A stretch of DNA of 64,000 nt. Source: a virus. Taxonomy: Duplodnaviria > Caudoviricetes. This document shows, one piece after another, positions 55,049 to 62,896 of this stretch. Under the pieces are notes generated by a model, which did no database searches, was not told the origin of the DNA, and saw only the letters and a program-made list of their open reading frames with translations. Position numbers and translations under genes: made by a program. The stretch covers positions 23,857 through 87,856 of IMG/VR virus record IMGVR_UViG_3300020576_004352. The stretch is one strand, 5' to 3'. Numbering within the stretch: position 1 is the first letter of the stretch; the number at the start of each line of letters is the position of its first letter.

Positions 55049-55525
55049 ATGCCCGCAATTTTGAACCCCGGTTCACTGGCGTGTCCTATTGACGCAAACA
55101 CCCGTGCCAGATTTGCAGGAGTTGAGAAGTTTGCCCGTATAGTTGGCTATCAGGCAAGACTGGTACTCAGCCCGGACAGGAATAATCCTGACAGAGAGCA
55201 GGTACGAGTTATTTGTGTGCCAGAGCATGGCCCATATGTGGAGTTCGACGATGTGGAGCAGGCTCGCCGGACCTTTGAGCGCATGGCTTGTATTCGCCTG
55301 TGTGGTGGTGACGCAGACGATATGCTTGGCGCATACCCAGAGCCGGGAGGCAGAGCAGTTGCCGCAGCCGAGGTGCTGGTGCAGCAGTGGAGGGACAGTT
55401 TTCCCGCCCTGACGAGCTTCTCTGAGGAGGTACGAGAAATAGTCAAAGAGATGCAGAGGAACGACAAAGTTCCTGAGGAGAACAGGCACCTCCCGCGTAG
55501 AATTATAAACCTTCAGGACGATTGA
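55049..55525 (+). CDS. Hypothetical protein, C-terminal RRIINLQDD
   Basis: GGGAGG RBS. Confidence 0.55.
   Translation: MPAILNPGSLACPIDANTRARFAGVEKFARIVGYQARLVLSPDRNNPDREQVRVICVPEHGPYVEFDDVEQARRTFERMACIRLCGGDADDMLGAYPEPGGRAVAAAEVLVQQWRDSFPALTSFSEEVREIVKEMQRNDKVPEENRHLPRRIINLQDD
55062..55075. promoter_or_regulatory. Palindromic site TGAACCCCGGTTCA
   Basis: At a gene start. Confidence 0.7.
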
Positions 55526-55527
55526 CT

Positions 55528-55935
55528 ATGGCAATCACAAGACACATCCATAGAGACCCGGCAAAGGCACGCGAGGCCGAGCGGCTGCGCGGACAATTCC
55601 AGCGGGTGCTGCGCCTGATAAAGTTTAGCCCGGTATCGCAGAACGGCTACCAAGGCGTAAGCGGGCGGGTGGCGACGTGGGATAGCTGGCTGCTGTCATA
55701 CCTCCTGCATCGCCTGAAGTTCTTGTCCAATAACCCATTTGTGGTGAATTGGCTCATGGAGTGGTCAGGTAGCCGGGCGGGATGGAGCACTCTGCATGGT
55801 AAGTTTGCTGACCCGCAGTCGCGCAGAAAGAGGATGAGAGATGATTTCTTCAGTCGCAGAGCAGGAGCCACAGACTTGAGAAGGCTGTCCGATATCTCGA
55901 CCGGGGCCCGTAGATGCATTAACTTGGAGGACTGA
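55528..55935 (+). CDS. Hypothetical protein, C-terminal RRCINLED
   Basis: Coupled ORF. Confidence 0.55.
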   Translation: MAITRHIHRDPAKAREAERLRGQFQRVLRLIKFSPVSQNGYQGVSGRVATWDSWLLSYLLHRLKFLSNNPFVVNWLMEWSGSRAGWSTLHGKFADPQSRRKRMRDDFFSRRAGATDLRRLSDISTGARRCINLED

Positions 55936-56247
55936 ATGTTTGGATTTAAAGTGAAGGCAAAGGTTGCCCCGGCACCCGCTTCTGAAACGTCCATGCCCTT
56001 TCCCGGTGATCGGGAGTTGATCTCTGTGGTGTACTGCACCTTCGGGCCCATAAAGGTCTATATGCCTACGATGCAGGATATGGAAGGGCTTGATGCCAGT
56101 CACCCCAATTTCTACAAGGTGGTGGCATCAAAGGCGACTAACATGAGTTATGCCGAATTTCAGAATATGAGCTTTATCGACGGCAGTGTCATCGTGCATA
56201 CGATTGCAGATGCCTTTGATAGGCTACACCCTTTCGCGGTAAGGTGA
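55936..56247 (+). CDS. Hypothetical protein
   Basis: GGAGG RBS within the upstream gene end. Confidence 0.5.
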   Translation: MFGFKVKAKVAPAPASETSMPFPGDRELISVVYCTFGPIKVYMPTMQDMEGLDASHPNFYKVVASKATNMSYAEFQNMSFIDGSVIVHTIADAFDRLHPFAVR

Positions 56248-56250
56248 ATT

Positions 56251-56859
56251 ATGATGAAGTTCGCAGCGCAGCAGTTCATTGCCGCATACCAGAATGTGGA
56301 GATAGAGCCTGAGAAGTATGTGCCTCCCTGCATAGCGGACGTGCGCAACTTCCTGCGTCATTTTGGGGACGTGGCCTTACTCGACCTCGAGTTCAGATAC
56401 GGACTGGCACTCGCGGGCGGGGCTCTGCCCACTGTTTCTGTGGTGATGGGTATGGGCACAGGGCTTAGTCCCTTCCAAAGGCTGCTGTGGGAGGCGTATG
56501 GGCTCTCCTTCGGTGTAATAGTGGGGCCTCAAACAGAGAGTATTCGCTGGGAGAGCCTAGAGGGCGAACACAGTATGCGTGGGTCTGACCTGACAAATAT
56601 TGCGATGGGTGGCCCGTTTCCTGTGTTCATAAACCAGATGAATAACCCCTCGCGTCGCACCCTTGATTATCAGTTAGACATAACGATGGCACATTATCTG
56701 GTGGAGGATAATACCGCTCTGCGTCAGATGATAAAGGCGAGAAAGCCCGACATGTTTTTGAAGTACTGCGGCTATCTGAACGGGGTGCAGGTAGACCAAA
56801 CACTGGTCGATGTTACACCTCCGCGCACTTTCAGGCGGCTGATTAACTTGGAGGACTAG
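56251..56859 (+). CDS. Hypothetical protein, C-terminal RRLINLED
   Basis: 202-aa ORF in tandem operon. Confidence 0.55.
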   Translation: MMKFAAQQFIAAYQNVEIEPEKYVPPCIADVRNFLRHFGDVALLDLEFRYGLALAGGALPTVSVVMGMGTGLSPFQRLLWEAYGLSFGVIVGPQTESIRWESLEGEHSMRGSDLTNIAMGGPFPVFINQMNNPSRRTLDYQLDITMAHYLVEDNTALRQMIKARKPDMFLKYCGYLNGVQVDQTLVDVTPPRTFRRLINLED

Positions 56860-56862
56860 CAG

Positions 56863-57312
56863 GTGGCCACGCACTATAAACTAGCGGAGGATGGGGCCAC
56901 GCCAGTGCCATGCAGTCTTGATGAGTGGGGCAGCATGGTGAAGGATGATCGGCGCAGATTTGTGGCCCGTGATACGTTCTCAAGACCAAGAGATATCAGC
57001 ACAGATATTATAGAGGTATCAACGGTCTTTGTGGGTATGGATATGAGCCTAGGGTATAACCCCGCTCCGGTACTGTGGGAGACGATGTTATTTGGAGACA
57101 TTGACATAGGAGAGGGTGGCAACTCGTGGCGGCATACCTCCCTACAAAATGCGCTGCTGGTGCATGCGGAAATAGTGGGGAGGGTTAGGGGCCTTCTGTT
57201 TGATCTGGCCGATCTGGAGCCACAGCAGCCTCTACAGGAGAGTGTCCCGGCTCCCGTGCCAGATACGTTACCTTGCTCTGGAAAACGCAGGATCAACTTG
57301 GATGAGGATTGA
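56863..57312 (+). CDS. Conserved phage hypothetical protein, C-terminal KRRINLDED
   Basis: VSTVFVGMD..LG..P.LWETMLFG motif. Confidence 0.6.
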   Translation: MATHYKLAEDGATPVPCSLDEWGSMVKDDRRRFVARDTFSRPRDISTDIIEVSTVFVGMDMSLGYNPAPVLWETMLFGDIDIGEGGNSWRHTSLQNALLVHAEIVGRVRGLLFDLADLEPQQPLQESVPAPVPDTLPCSGKRRINLDED

Positions 57313-57365
57313 CCTTAAGGATGTATAGTGTACCATATCAGACAAGGCGTCTTATCGGAGCACCC

Positions 57366-57764
57366 ATGAAAACCATAGCGTTTATGCTGATCCTGTTCGG
57401 GCTCTCTGCATGTACTGGATTTCCCGAGAGCGCAGCTAACTCCCAGCCCGGCTGGAGCTGCACCCCTGACGGGGCTTGCTGGCCCTCTGATTTTCCTCTG
57501 ACAAAACAATACAGGTATAAGTGGGTAGCTGACACTGATGCGGTGGCGGAGATTTGCCTGAAGACAAACAGTCCTCACCCCTACGCATGTATCCTCATGA
57601 AGGACACACCTCATCCGGTGATTGTTGTGCCGGAGCGGTTTACTCCTGCCCAGCAGGCATGTGGGTGGAATGTAGCAGATACGGTAAGGCACGAAGAAGG
57701 GCACGGTGAAGGCGTTACCGTGCATCACAAGATCAGGGCGGAGGCGTGTAATGCAGGGAGTTGA
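57366..57764 (+). CDS. Lipoprotein with HExxH motif
   Basis: MKTIAFMLILFGLSA/C lipobox; TVRHEEGHGE; several Cys. Confidence 0.65.
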   Translation: MKTIAFMLILFGLSACTGFPESAANSQPGWSCTPDGACWPSDFPLTKQYRYKWVADTDAVAEICLKTNSPHPYACILMKDTPHPVIVVPERFTPAQQACGWNVADTVRHEEGHGEGVTVHHKIRAEACNAGS

Positions 57765-58152
57765 GGGCGGTTGGACAAAGGATGAGGCCACAAAATTGCG
57801 CCAGCTCTGGGAGGGCGGCAAGACAGCCAACGAGATAGCGATAGCACTGGCCACAGGAAAGAGCCGGAATGCCGTGATCGGCAAGCTCTACCGGATGAAG
57901 TTGACCGGGAGCAATGCATCGCCCGCCCGTAAACAGAGAAAGAAGATGAAGAAGCTTCAGCCCTTCGGGGTGGAGTTGATCCGGTCTTTCGACTGCTGTC
58001 AGTGGATAGACGGGGATGGGCGCAGTCGCGTATTCTGCGACGATGCTGCGGTTAAGGGCAAGCCATACTGCGCGGCCCACAACAGCCGGGCCTACGTTAA
58101 GCTTGACCCGAAGAAAGACCCGACTAACCCACGGAGGAAGTTACCAGAATGA
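57751..58152 (+). CDS. gcrA: GcrA-like cell-cycle transcription regulator
   Basis: WTKDEATKLRQLWEGGKTANEIA...SRNAVIGKLYRMKL; C-terminal CQWIDGD...FC...KGKPYCAAHNSRAY. Confidence 0.88.
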   Translation: MQGVEGGWTKDEATKLRQLWEGGKTANEIAIALATGKSRNAVIGKLYRMKLTGSNASPARKQRKKMKKLQPFGVELIRSFDCCQWIDGDGRSRVFCDDAAVKGKPYCAAHNSRAYVKLDPKKDPTNPRRKLPE

Positions 58153-58388
58153 ATTTGATTGACGAGGTCGTGGAGTGCATCCGGTCAGCTGCTTATATAG
58201 AGGGTATCATACGACCTGATGCCCGGCTCTCTGACCTCCCTAACGTGGACAGCCTCACGTTATTTGAGATTAAGTTGCGTCTAGAGGAGCAGCTGAACGT
58301 CGAGCTAGACGACGCGGATATGGAGAATGGCACCACGGCCCGCGAGCTGGCCAGAATAATTCAGCAAAAGAGGCAAAATATCGCTTGA
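58149..58388 (+). CDS. Acyl carrier protein homologue
   Basis: 79 aa, acidic, L.DL..VDSL..FEI...LEEQLNVELDD...TT.RELA; DSL phosphopantetheine site. Confidence 0.8.
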   Translation: MNLIDEVVECIRSAAYIEGIIRPDARLSDLPNVDSLTLFEIKLRLEEQLNVELDDADMENGTTARELARIIQQKRQNIA

Positions 58389-58413
58389 CTAAGAAACTGT
58401 TACATTATATATT
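58384..58413 (+). promoter_or_regulatory. Promoter P8
   Basis: CTTGACT-N17-TATATT. Confidence 0.8.
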
Positions 58414-58466
58414 CACACCACTAACCAAGGGGCTGCTGCCCCGCCACCTTAGAGGGAGAAACGACT

Positions 58467-58856
58467 ATGGCTACAGAACTCAAATTCACAGGTATTGCTG
58501 GCGTCGGTGACATTATCCGGGGCCATGACTTCATGCCCCGCCACGGCGTAGGCCCCTGCTACATTGAGGGCAAGGTGCTGGACGATATGGATACCCGAAT
58601 GGGTTGCCTCGCCTATAAAATCGAAGTCACCAAGCGCGTGTGGGACGGCAAGGATATCGAGCCGGACGCCACCATTATGTATGTGCCGCATGAGGTGAGC
58701 CCTTTAGAGTGGGATGAGCGGGTCGAGCTTGTCCAAGTTGCTCCGGCTACCCGGATGGTCAATGGGGCTCTGCAAGAGGCGCTTACAGTGGTGGCCGATA
58801 TGACCCCGGAACGCAAGACCATCGACCTTACTGACCTCAAGAAGTGGGAGAATTGA
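58467..58856 (+). CDS. Early hypothetical protein
   Basis: After P8 and leader hairpin; GAGGGAG RBS. Confidence 0.6.
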   Translation: MATELKFTGIAGVGDIIRGHDFMPRHGVGPCYIEGKVLDDMDTRMGCLAYKIEVTKRVWDGKDIEPDATIMYVPHEVSPLEWDERVELVQVAPATRMVNGALQEALTVVADMTPERKTIDLTDLKKWEN

Positions 58857-58857
58857 T

Positions 58858-59007
58858 ATGCTGAGACTGGCAGTATTCCCGGCACTGGCTGCCGTTGGAG
58901 TTTTACACGGGGACGAGCAGGCGCGAAAGGAGGCGTGGGTTGTCCTCGGGCTCATCTCCTTTTTTGAAGTGGTGACGCTGTACGCGAAGGCGTGGGGGTA
59001 CTTATGA
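58858..59007 (+). CDS. 49-aa putative membrane protein; absent from the ORF track
   Basis: MLRLAVFPALAAVGVL...AWVVLGLISFFEVVTLY; ATGA overlap with next gene. Confidence 0.45.
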   Translation: MLRLAVFPALAAVGVLHGDEQARKEAWVVLGLISFFEVVTLYAKAWGYL

Positions 59008-59264
59008 TGGATGGGATGCCAGCGTTTGATTGGGCGGACGATAAACAGGCCGAGACGGTGCGGGCCTGCCGCCGATATCTGGGGATGAGCTACTCAGAGT
59101 TTGCCCGTGCCCTTGGCCTTGCCGGAGACGGTGCCCGCCATGTGCGGCGCTGGGAAGGCGGTGAGCGCGTGGTCAAGCCTGGTAACCAGCTGAAGATTGA
59201 AGAGATGGTCAAGGATGCCTGCCTTGAAGGTGCCCAGTCCGATTACCCTCGGCAGTATGAATGA
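59004..59264 (+). CDS. XRE-family HTH protein
   Basis: VRACRRYLGMSYSEFARALGL...HVRRWEGGER. Confidence 0.7.
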   Translation: MMDGMPAFDWADDKQAETVRACRRYLGMSYSEFARALGLAGDGARHVRRWEGGERVVKPGNQLKIEEMVKDACLEGAQSDYPRQYE

Positions 59265-59275
59265 ACCCCGGTTCA
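59262..59275. promoter_or_regulatory. Palindromic site TGAACCCCGGTTCA
   Basis: Its TGA is the XRE gene stop. Confidence 0.7.
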
Positions 59276-59294
59276 AACCAAACAGGAGCTGATT

Positions 59295-59693
59295 ATGGAT
59301 GTTAAGATACCCGAGATGGTTGGTGTGGTGGAAGGCCCTAAAGACAAGCCCGGCGGGGACTTCTGGTGCGTGGTTGCCTATATGGACTACACCAATATCC
59401 CCGACTACGGAATGCCTGCGTATACCAATTGCTGCGCTATCATGTTGCAGAGTGACCAGTGTGCCATGGTGGACTTGCTGCCCGAGCTGGATTTCAGTGA
59501 GTGTGGCGGGGATATGAGCTGGGCAAAGGGACGACCCTCCGGCCTGTATCGCTTACAGCTGTCTTCCCGTTCTCTGGCTAACCACGAAGGGGTAGTAGAC
59601 GATGTGGAGATTTGGGCCAGCCGTGTGGACTGCCTTTGCAGCACGGGGCTGCCGCTGGCCAAGATCGATCTTGAAACCGGTTTCATTCAGTAG
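59295..59693 (+). CDS. Hypothetical protein
   Basis: AGGAG RBS, 132 aa. Confidence 0.5.
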   Translation: MDVKIPEMVGVVEGPKDKPGGDFWCVVAYMDYTNIPDYGMPAYTNCCAIMLQSDQCAMVDLLPELDFSECGGDMSWAKGRPSGLYRLQLSSRSLANHEGVVDDVEIWASRVDCLCSTGLPLAKIDLETGFIQ

Positions 59694-59705
59694 GGGAGTG
59701 AACCT

Positions 59706-59987
59706 ATGCTATCCGAGAAAGAAGAAGCTTCCCGGAATAAAGCGCGGGCTCGCGCTAAAAAATGGCGTGAGGCAAACCCCGAGAAGGCTCGTAAGTCAGT
59801 CAAGGCAGCCACTAAAAAGTGGTGCAAAGCAAACCCGGAAAAAGCCAAGGCAAAGATACAGAAGTGGAGGCAGGCAAACCGGGAGAGGGTACTGAGCTAT
59901 CAACGCAAGTGGCGAGAGGCTAACCCGGACAAGCTCAAAGAGTACCGATACAGAACAAAACTCAAGCGGTGTGGGGTGACGACATGA
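59706..59987 (+). CDS. Basic helical-repeat protein (4 x KWREANPEK-like), possible endonuclease remnant
   Basis: 15-aa periodic repeats; ends RTKLKRCGVTT. Confidence 0.55.
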   Translation: MLSEKEEASRNKARARAKKWREANPEKARKSVKAATKKWCKANPEKAKAKIQKWRQANRERVLSYQRKWREANPDKLKEYRYRTKLKRCGVTT

Positions 59988-60925
59988 GTACCGAAATCAA
60001 AGCAGTGGATGCCAGTTTTATCACAAGGGCCAATGCACTCCTTGAGGAGTACGAGAGTTTCAAGAGGGAGATGCGAGTTGCTGATCGCCGCATGCAGCAG
60101 CACAGGGATCGTGCCCGCAAGGCTAAGGAGAGCCGTCCACACGATGAGCCTATTTATATGCGCATCCTTATGATGTACGAGGGAGCAAAGCGCATGATGT
60201 GCAATCGTGTGCGGCTGCTGGTCAGCATGGGAGTGGCTGTGCCGGGCTTCCCAGAGGGCGTGACCAGTCTGCCTGATACCATTATGACCGAGGGCCCGTT
60301 TGATATCACCCCCTCTGGTGATGCTGCGGAGGAGAAGCGTAGCGAGAGCAAGAGGGCGAAGCGTCGGGTACTAAACCTGTCTGAGGAGGGGGAAGGCCTG
60401 ACACCTCAGGAGGTGACTTCCTTAGACGAGATGCTGGACGATGATGTTTCCCCTGCCAATCCAGCCCGTGCGCCAAAGATGCTTGATCCAGAGGCGTTTG
60501 ATATAGGGAACTTCCTGCAAAGTCGCATCATACCATCAAGACCTCCGAACATCACACTCCCGCAGTCTGCCTCGATTGATACCCCCCTCGATAGGCAGGT
60601 CATACGCAGTCTTGCGGATGTTGTGGCCGGTCTTGATTTTTCGAGTGCTGAAGACGGCATGTCAAGATACATGGCGATGGCTATGCCCCTCAGGAACAGG
60701 GCTGAGCCGGTGGTGACTGATCCTCCTGAGATGGGAGGCATCCGTATTGTTACCGTTCCGGGTATGCCAGATGGGGATGTTGAGGTTGTTTCTTCTGCCA
60801 TAGGACGCATGGCCAGTGAAAACCCAATGGCCTCCAATACACCTAAAAAGGCACAAATAAAAAATAGTGTTGAAATGCGGAATGATGAGGAAGAGGACGA
60901 CCCTGCCCCTTATGTGTCTGAATAG
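59984..60925 (+). CDS. Hypothetical protein (coiled-coil N-terminus, disordered C-terminus)
   Basis: ATGA-coupled ORF. Confidence 0.55.
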   Translation: MSTEIKAVDASFITRANALLEEYESFKREMRVADRRMQQHRDRARKAKESRPHDEPIYMRILMMYEGAKRMMCNRVRLLVSMGVAVPGFPEGVTSLPDTIMTEGPFDITPSGDAAEEKRSESKRAKRRVLNLSEEGEGLTPQEVTSLDEMLDDDVSPANPARAPKMLDPEAFDIGNFLQSRIIPSRPPNITLPQSASIDTPLDRQVIRSLADVVAGLDFSSAEDGMSRYMAMAMPLRNRAEPVVTDPPEMGGIRIVTVPGMPDGDVEVVSSAIGRMASENPMASNTPKKAQIKNSVEMRNDEEEDDPAPYVSE

Positions 60926-60997
60926 ATCGTTTGCGGGGCTGTGCAGTGTTGCGGAGTGTGTAAATCAATGTGGTGAAACCTGTGAAGGAGTAAAAAA

Positions 60998-61498
60998 ATG
61001 GCCCGTAGAACCAAAAATTTGGGGAGCTTGAACCTGTATCTAACCCATGTGGATACAGTAGCCAGAAAGGCAGCAGCGGTTCTCCTAGAGAAGATACATG
61101 TGATGAGGGAAAAAGCTATCAAAGAGGCTATGGAGAGACGCTTCCTTTGGTTTAAACCCAAGACACGGGAAGAAGCAATAAAACACGTTGATAGAAGCCC
61201 TACTCCACATGATTGCTATATTCCTGATTGGACGGTGCAGGAAATTTGGCTGGAGGATTGTTATACCCTATTGAGCACTGCACTGAATTTGCGGGAGCTG
61301 GGATACGCCCGGATGAGCATAAGTCTCGAGGCATTTAATAACCTGCTCAATCTGGCACACCAGTATGACATTCAATACCGTGGAGAGCACCGGGAGAACA
61401 TGATGCGGAGAGTATCATTCATGTCCATGAGTGAGATACAGGTGAAACCGAAGGCCAAGAAGCCCAAGGCTGAGGGGGAGACGACAACACTTGAGTAA
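60998..61498 (+). CDS. Hypothetical protein
   Basis: AAGGAG RBS, 166 aa. Confidence 0.55.
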   Translation: MARRTKNLGSLNLYLTHVDTVARKAAAVLLEKIHVMREKAIKEAMERRFLWFKPKTREEAIKHVDRSPTPHDCYIPDWTVQEIWLEDCYTLLSTALNLRELGYARMSISLEAFNNLLNLAHQYDIQYRGEHRENMMRRVSFMSMSEIQVKPKAKKPKAEGETTTLE

Positions 61499-61520
61499 GA
61501 AAATGTAATCGCTTTTATCT

Positions 61521-61620
61521 GTCCCTACCTCGTTTGCTTCCAAGTTGCTCCGGTAGGGGCTCCTCGTTACCCTTCTCGACCCTTCTCGTTTGCCTCGGTA
61601 GGGGCTTCCAAGTTGCCTGT
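61521..61620. repeat. Non-coding mosaic of four short duplicated motifs
   Basis: CTCGTTTGC, CTTCCAAGTTGC, CGGTAGGGGCT and ACCCTTCTCG each occur twice. Confidence 0.7.
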
Positions 61621-61674
61621 ACGGTGCCAGCTGCACAGGAAAAATGTTTAACTTCGACCCGGAGGAAAGAAACT

Positions 61675-61911
61675 ATGTTGTTGACTATTTATGTGGTGGG
61701 ACTGCTTGCGACGGCCCTTATGTGCGGCATCCAGCGGAGCATAGCCGAGGAGCCCATGAAGCGGTGGGAGGCGTGGTTTGCTGCGCTGGTGTGGCCGCTG
61801 TGGTTTGTGGTGGCAGGTGTCACGGCGGTTCTGCTGGGCGCGTCTGTGCTGGCACTGATCGCGGTGCGTTGGGCTATCCGGGCGGTGAAGCATGTAGGAG
61901 GTCTGACATGA
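61675..61911 (+). CDS. Small membrane protein
   Basis: GGAGG RBS; two hydrophobic segments. Confidence 0.55.
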   Translation: MLLTIYVVGLLATALMCGIQRSIAEEPMKRWEAWFAALVWPLWFVVAGVTAVLLGASVLALIAVRWAIRAVKHVGGLT

Positions 61912-62279
61912 CCACACAGGTGCGGGCGATTGTGCTCAGCAAGAACTTCTTTTATCTGTCCGGGGCGAAGCTGGCCGGGGTTATGATCCTGCTGATCGTA
62001 ACGGGAGGCGCTGCGCTGGGTGTATCAGAGATGTGGCATGACTGGCGGAGGGTGTTCCTTTACACAAACCTTATATGCATCGCGACGACGCTGACCAGTA
62101 TTGTGGAGTGGTCGCTGCGGATGTTTCGTCTCTGGGAGTTCTGGCGAGAAGCCACGCGAAGAGCACAACGGCGTCAATTTGTGCAAACACTGCTTGAGTA
62201 CCTTAAAGAGGGGAGAATGGATGAGAATGGAGACTGTAACTGTGCAAACTACCGTGCCAGACGTGGCGAGCGTGATTGA
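61908..62279 (+). CDS. Membrane protein (2 TM)
   Basis: ATGA overlap; hydrophobic helices. Confidence 0.5.
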   Translation: MTTQVRAIVLSKNFFYLSGAKLAGVMILLIVTGGAALGVSEMWHDWRRVFLYTNLICIATTLTSIVEWSLRMFRLWEFWREATRRAQRRQFVQTLLEYLKEGRMDENGDCNCANYRARRGERD

Positions 62280-62406
62280 GGTTGGATCGGAGGCAGGGGA
62301 TACCCTGATCTCTGTGGTGGGCGTACCGTGGGGCTATATTAACCCAGCGGCCCCGGTACTGACCGAAGAGGAGCTCAGTACCTCCTATATAGAGGGAGAG
62401 TGTTAA
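62221..62406 (+). CDS. Small hypothetical protein (start uncertain)
   Basis: Fills gap to next promoter; overlaps upstream gene. Confidence 0.35.
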   Translation: MRMETVTVQTTVPDVASVIEVGSEAGDTLISVVGVPWGYINPAAPVLTEEELSTSYIEGEC

Positions 62407-62437
62407 TTTTAACCAAGAGCCGGGGCGCAATCTTTTT

Positions 62438-62451
62438 TGAACCCCGGTTCA
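62438..62451. promoter_or_regulatory. Palindromic site TGAACCCCGGTTCA
   Basis: 18 bp upstream of P9. Confidence 0.75.
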
Positions 62452-62469
62452 CTTTTTTTGTTTTTATCG

Positions 62470-62499
62470 CTTGACTAAGAAAGTGTAAGGGTATATATT
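62470..62499 (+). promoter_or_regulatory. Promoter P9
   Basis: CTTGACT-N17-TATATT; upstream block nearly identical to P1. Confidence 0.8.
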
Positions 62500-62553
62500 A
62501 GGCCTACCAAAACGAAACAGGGGCTTCTGCCCCGCCTAACCAAGGAGACTAAA

Positions 62554-62787
62554 ATGACCAAGAACGAAGCCAAATTACTCGGAGCCTACCCCCGCACGAT
62601 GCTCGAGGCGTTGCCGACCCCCAAACTCCTCAAGCTCTACCGGTCAGAGATGACGGAGGCCGAGAACGCAGTGAATGACGCGGAGCGGGAACGGCGGGAA
62701 ATTCTTGTTGAGGTACAACAGGAAGCGGAGCTCGAGGTCTTGGACTTCGACGCAGACGAAGCATATCTTTACGAAATGGAGCTTTGA
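62554..62787 (+). CDS. Small acidic early protein
   Basis: AAGGAG RBS after P9 and leader hairpin. Confidence 0.6.
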   Translation: MTKNEAKLLGAYPRTMLEALPTPKLLKLYRSEMTEAENAVNDAERERREILVEVQQEAELEVLDFDADEAYLYEMEL

Positions 62788-62789
62788 AA

Positions 62790-62894
62790 ATGGCAACAGA
62801 ACACACTCCTACCCCTTGGCAGCTCCGCGACGAGCCCATCCTTTTTCGCGGCACTGACCCCCGCAAAGTTCTCATAGACTATTTGGAGGCCTAA
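62790..62894 (+). CDS. 34-aa ORF sharing its first 15 aa with 63193-63495
   Basis: MATEHTPTPWQLRDEPILFRGTDPRKVLIDYLEA. Confidence 0.4.
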   Translation: MATEHTPTPWQLRDEPILFRGTDPRKVLIDYLEA

Positions 62895-62896
62895 AA

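Noticed and set aside
52267-61644. Upstream start codons given by the track (for example 52267, 54440, 57309, 57706, 58992, 61534, 61644)
   Set aside because: They fall in promoters or upstream genes; downstream ATGs with good RBS or stop/start overlaps were used.
2302-62451. Palindromes as Gram-positive LexA (GAAC-N4-GTTC) boxes or CRISPR repeats
   Set aside because: The core fits GAAC-N4-GTTC, but the spacer is nearly fixed and GC-rich, the host looks alphaproteobacterial (different LexA box), and the copies are kilobases apart with no array structure.
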